Below are positions 58,797-64,000 of a stretch of 64,000 bases of DNA, in pieces. The stretch spans positions 321,899 through 385,898 of the forward strand of contig JBGSQF010000013.1 in the NCBI GenBank assembly GCA_041738235.1. Direction: 5' to 3'. The translations under genes and the position numbers were made by a program. Within the stretch, counting starts at the first letter, position 1; every line of letters begins with the position of its first letter. A model generated the notes under the pieces. That model had not been told where the DNA came from. It was given only the letters and a program-made list of their open reading frames with translations, and did no database searches. The stretch comes from Minisyncoccia bacterium (GTDB taxonomy: Bacteria; Patescibacteriota; Minisyncoccia; Moranbacterales; GCA-2747515).

Positions 58797-59222
58797 TTAG
58801 AACTGAGAGGTGGTTCCGCCAAGCCAGGTACTGACCGCATTGATGATGATGAGTCCCATAAGCGCTACGATCACACCAACGATCGCGTAGATCATCGTTG
58901 TCTTTGCTTTCTCTATTTTGTCATCATCTCCAGCCGCAGTGAGGTACAGGATACCAGAGATCACAAAAGCGATAACCGCCAAAAATCCTACTAAATAGAG
59001 CAACCAGCGCATTAATGTAAGCACAACCACTGAGATCCGAGCAGAAGACAATTCAGATGCCGACCCCGAATCAGTAAGTCCAGTTGACCACCCGCCGTCT
59101 GCCGGACCAGTAATTGCCGCCTCCACTCCTCCTGCCAAAGAAAACAAAACGACTCCGAAAACAAATACCGAAACAATAAACAAAGCACCTCGCATTTTCT
59201 CCACCAAAAACATTTGCCTCAT
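58797..59222 (-). CDS. VirB2/TrbC-type pilin
   Basis: GILYLTAAGDDDKIEKAKTTMIYAIVG. Confidence 0.82.
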   Translation of the reverse strand: MRQMFLVEKMRGALFIVSVFVFGVVLFSLAGGVEAAITGPADGGWSTGLTDSGSASELSSARISVVVLTLMRWLLYLVGFLAVIAFVISGILYLTAAGDDDKIEKAKTTMIYAIVGVIVALMGLIIINAVSTWLGGTTSQF

Positions 59223-59260
59223 ACTTTTTTTATTAATTTTTAAACATTATGTAATAAACA

Positions 59261-59647
59261 TTAAAATTGAGCAGTTTGTCCGCCAAGCCAAGTATTTATG
59301 GCATTCACAATAATGAGTCCCATGAGCCCAACAATTACCCCAATGATTGCATAGATCATCGTTGTCTTTGCTTTCTCTATCTTATCGTCATCACCTGCTG
59401 CAGTAAGGTAAAATATAGCAGAAATCACAAAAGCAATGATCGCAAGAAATCCCATGATATAAAGAAGCCAGCGCAGAAGGCTCAGGACAACCCCAGATAT
59501 GGACGTCGAGCTCAAACCAAGTCCGGTCAAGTTAGAATTACTGGTTGGATTTGTCCACTGTGCGCTCACCACCACTGGAGCAAGAAGAAGAGATGCTCCA
59601 ATCCCATACCACATCCGCCGAATGTTTCGAATTATGTGCATAGGCAT
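59261..59647 (-). CDS. VirB2/TrbC-type pilin
   Basis: FYLTAAGDDDKIEKAKTTMIYAIIG; close paralog of 58797-59222. Confidence 0.82.
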   Translation of the reverse strand: MPMHIIRNIRRMWYGIGASLLLAPVVVSAQWTNPTSNSNLTGLGLSSTSISGVVLSLLRWLLYIMGFLAIIAFVISAIFYLTAAGDDDKIEKAKTTMIYAIIGVIVGLMGLIIVNAINTWLGGQTAQF

Positions 59648-59755
59648 TTCTAATTACTTTTTATTTTTATTATTCTCCACACACTCCTTTTGTAAACAGG
59701 AAAGGATGCATAGATCTCAGTCACTTGCTTTTATGTTAACACAAAATCTCGCGCA

Positions 59756-60034
59756 TTACAATAACATATCAATTGTGGATAACATCACAAGCGCTCCAAG
59801 CGCCACGATCACTCCGACCACCGAATAGATCATCCACTTCTTTGCCCGATCAAGAACATCTTGGTTTCCACTTGCTAAAAGATATAAAAGTCCCAAGCCA
59901 ACGAACGCGATAACTGCAACCACTCCAAAAACTTGAAGTAGCCATTGTAACACATTAGTTAAAACGGTCGATATAGGAGTGGCATCAGTGATCACTCCAG
60001 CGTACGCGGTAGGTATGGACAGATATTGGAACAT
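59756..60034 (-). CDS. VirB2/TrbC-type pilin
   Basis: GLLYLLASGNQDVLDRAKKWMIYSVVG. Confidence 0.8.
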   Translation of the reverse strand: MFQYLSIPTAYAGVITDATPISTVLTNVLQWLLQVFGVVAVIAFVGLGLLYLLASGNQDVLDRAKKWMIYSVVGVIVALGALVMLSTIDMLL

Positions 60035-60066
60035 CTTTTTTTCAGAGTTGGATCAGTTATCTATTA

Positions 60067-61464
60067 CTACTGTACATATATAAGAACCGTTGATTTCTTT
60101 GTTGTATCAGCTTTGTATATCGCTGTTATAGTCGTACTCCCTGCAGAAACAGCTCGCACGACCCCATTATCATCAACCGTTGCCACGGCAGTGTTACTTG
60201 ACGTCCAGGTAGCAAGATCATTTGAGATCTGAGTTCCCCCCTGTGGTGGCCCAAGGGCGGGACACTGGATCGCCTGTGTGCTCGTATAGAGGTTTAGGAC
60301 CGTTTCACTCCCCACACTTGCGGTCTTCATCCCGGGACATGCGATAAGATATGCGATATCCGGAGGAAGAACGAGTATTTGAACAGATTCCTTTCTTCCG
60401 TTTATTGCTGCCGTGATCGTAACATTTTTCCCACCCGTAGTAGTGGCTGGTGCGGTCACCTTTCCCTTATCAACGGTAGCTAGGGTAGTATCAGATGATG
60501 TCCAGGTAGCCGTACTGGTAACATCGGTAGCACTTCCGGTATTATTGCAATCCGAGATCGTACTTGTGGCAGAATCCCATGCCTTAAGCTGAACCGAATC
60601 TCCTGCTTTAAGTGATTGGCTCGCGTACAACCCACATATGGCCATATCCCCACTTCCACTACCCCCACCACCTCCGCTACCACCTCCTCCACCGTCACTA
60701 CCACCATCTCCCGATTCAGAAGTTGTGTTACACGACACCTGCCACCAATTGCCCGATACATAACTCTTGTTGATCGGGAGTACCAGGATAACGGCATTGA
60801 TGATCACCCAAGAAAGTAATACGATCGTAAAACCAACAAGTGTATTTTTAATGAATGTTTTAGCACTTTCCATCATGGAGGAGTTCCCTGCTGAAGCAAT
60901 GTACATGAGACCCGCCGCCACCAACATCACAAATGCCACTGCTGTCAAAACCCTCATACCCCAATTGATGATATTTTGAATGAGTTGGAAAAGATGACAG
61001 AGCGTACAAGTAGACTGTCCTGTTCCACCACACGGAACCAATCCACCAGATGAAGATCCCGTATTTGTTTGAGAAGTCGACTCCGTCCCACCACAACAAA
61101 TGTCTGTCGTTCTTTTGGTGCAATCGGTACTCGTCCCAGAAGTCTGCCCCCCAGTACAAGCAGAAGAAGCAACACAAGAACCGTCCTTGTAGGTCTTTCC
61201 CCCAGATGTATAACTACAGGACTGTGCCTGAATGTCAATTTGCAAGATCGCATCACAACAAATATCCGTCTGAGAAGTACATTGGTTACTAGCCCCCTTA
61301 AATTGAGAAGTACAGGATGTTGCAAGCTTGCACGTCCCTGCGTACGTATACGATCCACTCGCATAGGTGCATGTTTCACCCGCTGCAAACACTTCTTGAG
61401 GCAAGCCCACTATCACCGCCAACGAGAATAACCCAAGAAAAAATGTGAGGATCTTTGTTTTCAT
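60067..61464 (-). CDS. Multidomain pilin: Cys-rich repeats, VirB2-like core, two Big_2-like Ig domains
   Basis: Two C-rich modules ending TDICC, GLVPCG...CTLC, G.MYI.SAG...AK, ATWTSS....ATVD..G.V.A twice. Confidence 0.8.
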   Translation of the reverse strand: MKTKILTFFLGLFSLAVIVGLPQEVFAAGETCTYASGSYTYAGTCKLATSCTSQFKGASNQCTSQTDICCDAILQIDIQAQSCSYTSGGKTYKDGSCVASSACTGGQTSGTSTDCTKRTTDICCGGTESTSQTNTGSSSGGLVPCGGTGQSTCTLCHLFQLIQNIINWGMRVLTAVAFVMLVAAGLMYIASAGNSSMMESAKTFIKNTLVGFTIVLLSWVIINAVILVLPINKSYVSGNWWQVSCNTTSESGDGGSDGGGGGSGGGGGSGSGDMAICGLYASQSLKAGDSVQLKAWDSATSTISDCNNTGSATDVTSTATWTSSDTTLATVDKGKVTAPATTTGGKNVTITAAINGRKESVQILVLPPDIAYLIACPGMKTASVGSETVLNLYTSTQAIQCPALGPPQGGTQISNDLATWTSSNTAVATVDDNGVVRAVSAGSTTITAIYKADTTKKSTVLIYVQ

Positions 61465-61509
61465 CTTGCCTATGTATTACAGATACTTATAGACCGCCTT
61501 AGACACATT

Positions 61510-62799
61510 TTACCCATTCTCTTTTCGAAAATTCCTCCATCCCGCATACACTGCCCGCTCTCCCAATTCCTCTTCTATACGAAGGAGTTGATTATACTTG
61601 GAAAGTCGCTCTCCGCGACAAGGTGCACCGGATTTGATCTGTCCCGCACCAACCGCTACAGAAAAATCCGCGATAAAATCATCCACCGTTTCTCCGGATC
61701 TGTGACTCACATACACCGTATACCCGCCTGCGTGAGAAACGCGCACCGCTTCCCTTGCTTCTGTGACGGTTCCAATCTGATTTAGCTTGATGAGTGATGC
61801 ATTCGCGACACCACCAGTAATAGCATCTTGAATTATTTGTGGATTTGTACAAAACAGATCATCCCCAACCAACTGGATCTTATCTCCCAATCTTTTGGTG
61901 ATCTCCTGCCATCCCTCCCAATCATTTTGCCCCAGGGCATCCTCAATAGAAACAATCGGATAATCCGTAATCCACCGCTCCCACAGGTCGATCATTTGCG
62001 CTGTACTGAGTCGTCGTTTGTCCGACTTAAAGAATTCATATTCGCCATCATGCCACAGTTCGCTCACTGCCGGATCTAATCCTATTGCAATATCCTCACG
62101 CGCTCGATATCCTGCTTTCTCAATACTTGCTACCATCATTTCGATCGCTTCTTCATTAGATGCCACATTTGGAGCAAATCCCCCCTCATCGCCCACACCC
62201 GTAGAAAGTCCTTTATCCTTCAGCATTCCCTTTAATATATGATACACTTCTGATCCCATCTGGAAAGCTTGGGAAAAATTCTTGGCTCCTACTGGCACAA
62301 ATTTGAATTCTTGAAAATCGATAGTATTGTCTGCGTGCGCTCCTCCGTTGATGCTATTAAAGCAGGGGGTGGGAATAATGACAGCCTCATCTCCTCCCAA
62401 AGATCGATAGAGAGGTAACCTCTTTTGGTTCGAGTTAGCTCTCGCGCATGCCATCGACACTCCCAATATGGCATTAGCCCCAAGATTACCCTTATTATTC
62501 GTACCATCCAATTCGATCATTGTTTGATCGATCCCCTCTTGATCCTCCACATCCAACCCGAGAAGCACCGGGGCAATAACCTCGTTTACATTACGCACTG
62601 CCTTGGTTACTCCCTTTCCTCCATATCGCTTTTCATCCCCATCACGAAGTTCTACAGCTTCACGATCCCCCGTGGAAGCACCAGAAGGGACTCCCGCACG
62701 ACCTATCGAGCCATCTTCAAGCATCATATCTACTTCCACCGTTGGGTTTCCCCGAGAATCCAGAATCTCCCGAGCATATATCTTTGTGATCTTTGCCAT
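61510..62799 (-). CDS. eno: Enolase
   Basis: DSRGNPTVEV, VPSGASTG, GDEGGFAP, VGDDLF, SHRSGET, KYNQLLRIEE. Confidence 0.97.
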   Translation of the reverse strand: MAKITKIYAREILDSRGNPTVEVDMMLEDGSIGRAGVPSGASTGDREAVELRDGDEKRYGGKGVTKAVRNVNEVIAPVLLGLDVEDQEGIDQTMIELDGTNNKGNLGANAILGVSMACARANSNQKRLPLYRSLGGDEAVIIPTPCFNSINGGAHADNTIDFQEFKFVPVGAKNFSQAFQMGSEVYHILKGMLKDKGLSTGVGDEGGFAPNVASNEEAIEMMVASIEKAGYRAREDIAIGLDPAVSELWHDGEYEFFKSDKRRLSTAQMIDLWERWITDYPIVSIEDALGQNDWEGWQEITKRLGDKIQLVGDDLFCTNPQIIQDAITGGVANASLIKLNQIGTVTEAREAVRVSHAGGYTVYVSHRSGETVDDFIADFSVAVGAGQIKSGAPCRGERLSKYNQLLRIEEELGERAVYAGWRNFRKENG

Positions 62800-62815
62800 A
62801 CGATTACCTTGTTAC

Positions 62816-63892
62816 TTATTTATGATCTATACCCTGACTAACCTTCTTTGACTTGCTTAATACTTCTATCCCCGGCATCCTCTCCCCGCCCAAAAAATCG
62901 AGCATCGCTCCTCCACCAGTTGAAACAAAAGAGATCTTCTCCATCAATCCCATTTCTTCCAATGCCTGCACCGATTCCCCACCACCAACGATCGAGTATG
63001 CATCCAATCTAGCAATGGCTTGTGCTATTTCATGTGTTCCGCGAGCATAACGAGTGTCCTCAAACATACCCATAGGACCATTCCATATGATCGTCTCTGC
63101 CAATTTCATCTTTTCAATAAAGAGATCTATTGTTTTTGGACCGATGTCCAAACGATCGTCCACGAAGTCCACTGGAAGAAATACTCTATCAGAAAATTGT
63201 ATGCCCTCATCTATCGCTTCATTCGCTATCTTTCCACCCACCAGAATTATATCATACTCTTTTTCCAACCTCCTCAGAAGTGGAAGCTTGGTTTCGATCT
63301 TCGCCCCACCAATGACCGCCACTGCAGGACGTTTTGGCTGAGTTAGAATCTGAGAAAGATATTCCACTTCCTGTTGCAAGTGAAGTCCTGAAAAGCTTGG
63401 CAAAAATTTCGTTATTCCCGTAACAGATGCTTGATCCCTATGACATACACTAAAAGCGTCATTGATGAACACATCAAATGAAGATGCGATCGCTTGGGCA
63501 AAGTCGTTATCGTTCTCTTCTTCCCCCGGATAGAATCGTACGTTCTCAAGTAAAAGAACCGACCTTGTGGGTACCTCATCAAGAGCTTTTTTGATCTCCT
63601 TCTGAGAGATGTCCGACACAAAGATAGCCTGATACCCCAAAACACGCACGATATCGTCCAAAATATTTTTCAAAGAAAGACTTGGATCCGGCTTTCCGTC
63701 AGGACGACCGAGATGCGTGATAAGCGTCACGCTATGAGCCCCTTTTGACAAAACGTATTCGATGCTCTTTTTTGAACTCTCCACTTTATATCGCTCCGTA
63801 ATATCGCCGTTTTTAAGCGTTACATTAAAATCTACTCGCATAAGCACCTTCTTTCCCACATATTCAACATCTTGCATTTTCTTCAGCTCCAT
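62816..63892 (-). CDS. pgk: Phosphoglycerate kinase
   Basis: RVDFNV, HLGRP, LENVRF, WNGPMG.FE, STGGGA. Confidence 0.95.
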   Translation of the reverse strand: MELKKMQDVEYVGKKVLMRVDFNVTLKNGDITERYKVESSKKSIEYVLSKGAHSVTLITHLGRPDGKPDPSLSLKNILDDIVRVLGYQAIFVSDISQKEIKKALDEVPTRSVLLLENVRFYPGEEENDNDFAQAIASSFDVFINDAFSVCHRDQASVTGITKFLPSFSGLHLQQEVEYLSQILTQPKRPAVAVIGGAKIETKLPLLRRLEKEYDIILVGGKIANEAIDEGIQFSDRVFLPVDFVDDRLDIGPKTIDLFIEKMKLAETIIWNGPMGMFEDTRYARGTHEIAQAIARLDAYSIVGGGESVQALEEMGLMEKISFVSTGGGAMLDFLGGERMPGIEVLSKSKKVSQGIDHK

Positions 63893-64000
63893 ACAGAGTA
63901 CTTTATATTTAACACTGCTCAGAACAAAACTTAATATTCACATTATACTATTCAAAAAGCAAAACCCCAAGCATTCTCTCTGGAGCACCTTTATCCCATA

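Noticed and set aside
1-64000. Alternative genetic code (UGA=Gly, code 25)
   Set aside because: rpmB, smpB, mraZ and rsmH end at TGA at expected lengths, and core genes are uninterrupted under code 11

Overview
Chromosomal segment of a reduced-genome bacterium using genetic code 11. Gene content suggests Patescibacteria/CPR, probably Parcubacteria (inference): a VirB2/TrbC-type pilin array, a lone VirD4/TrwB-like ATPase, an FtsA paralog beside a large membrane-anchored protein, a truncated dcw cluster, and core genes mostly lacking Shine-Dalgarno sites. Most of the window is housekeeping: mraZ-rsmH-ftsL-ftsI-murF, rpmB, gyrB, an RND pump, dus, smpB-ssrA, infC-rpmI-rplT, miaA, pyrB, gatB, a 12-gene thymidylate/nucleotide cluster, secE-nusG-rplK-rplA, eno and pgk. 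The most unusual region is 2.4-10.5 kb. There tRNA-Glu(CTC) is followed by alternating direct and inverted copies of its own 3' end. A ~134-bp structured element with a compensatory base change occurs twice (2539-2672, 6322-6454), punctuating secreted or surface-protein genes, and no integrase is visible in the window. This may be a tRNA-anchored cassette array. Other notable items are a palindromic element inserted in-frame in dus, a homopolymer frameshift in the signal peptide of a 1258-aa propeller/Kelch protein, a leader-peptide plus terminator upstream of pyrB, and a tmRNA with a 24-residue tag. All calls come from reading the sequence and ORF track; no database searches were run.
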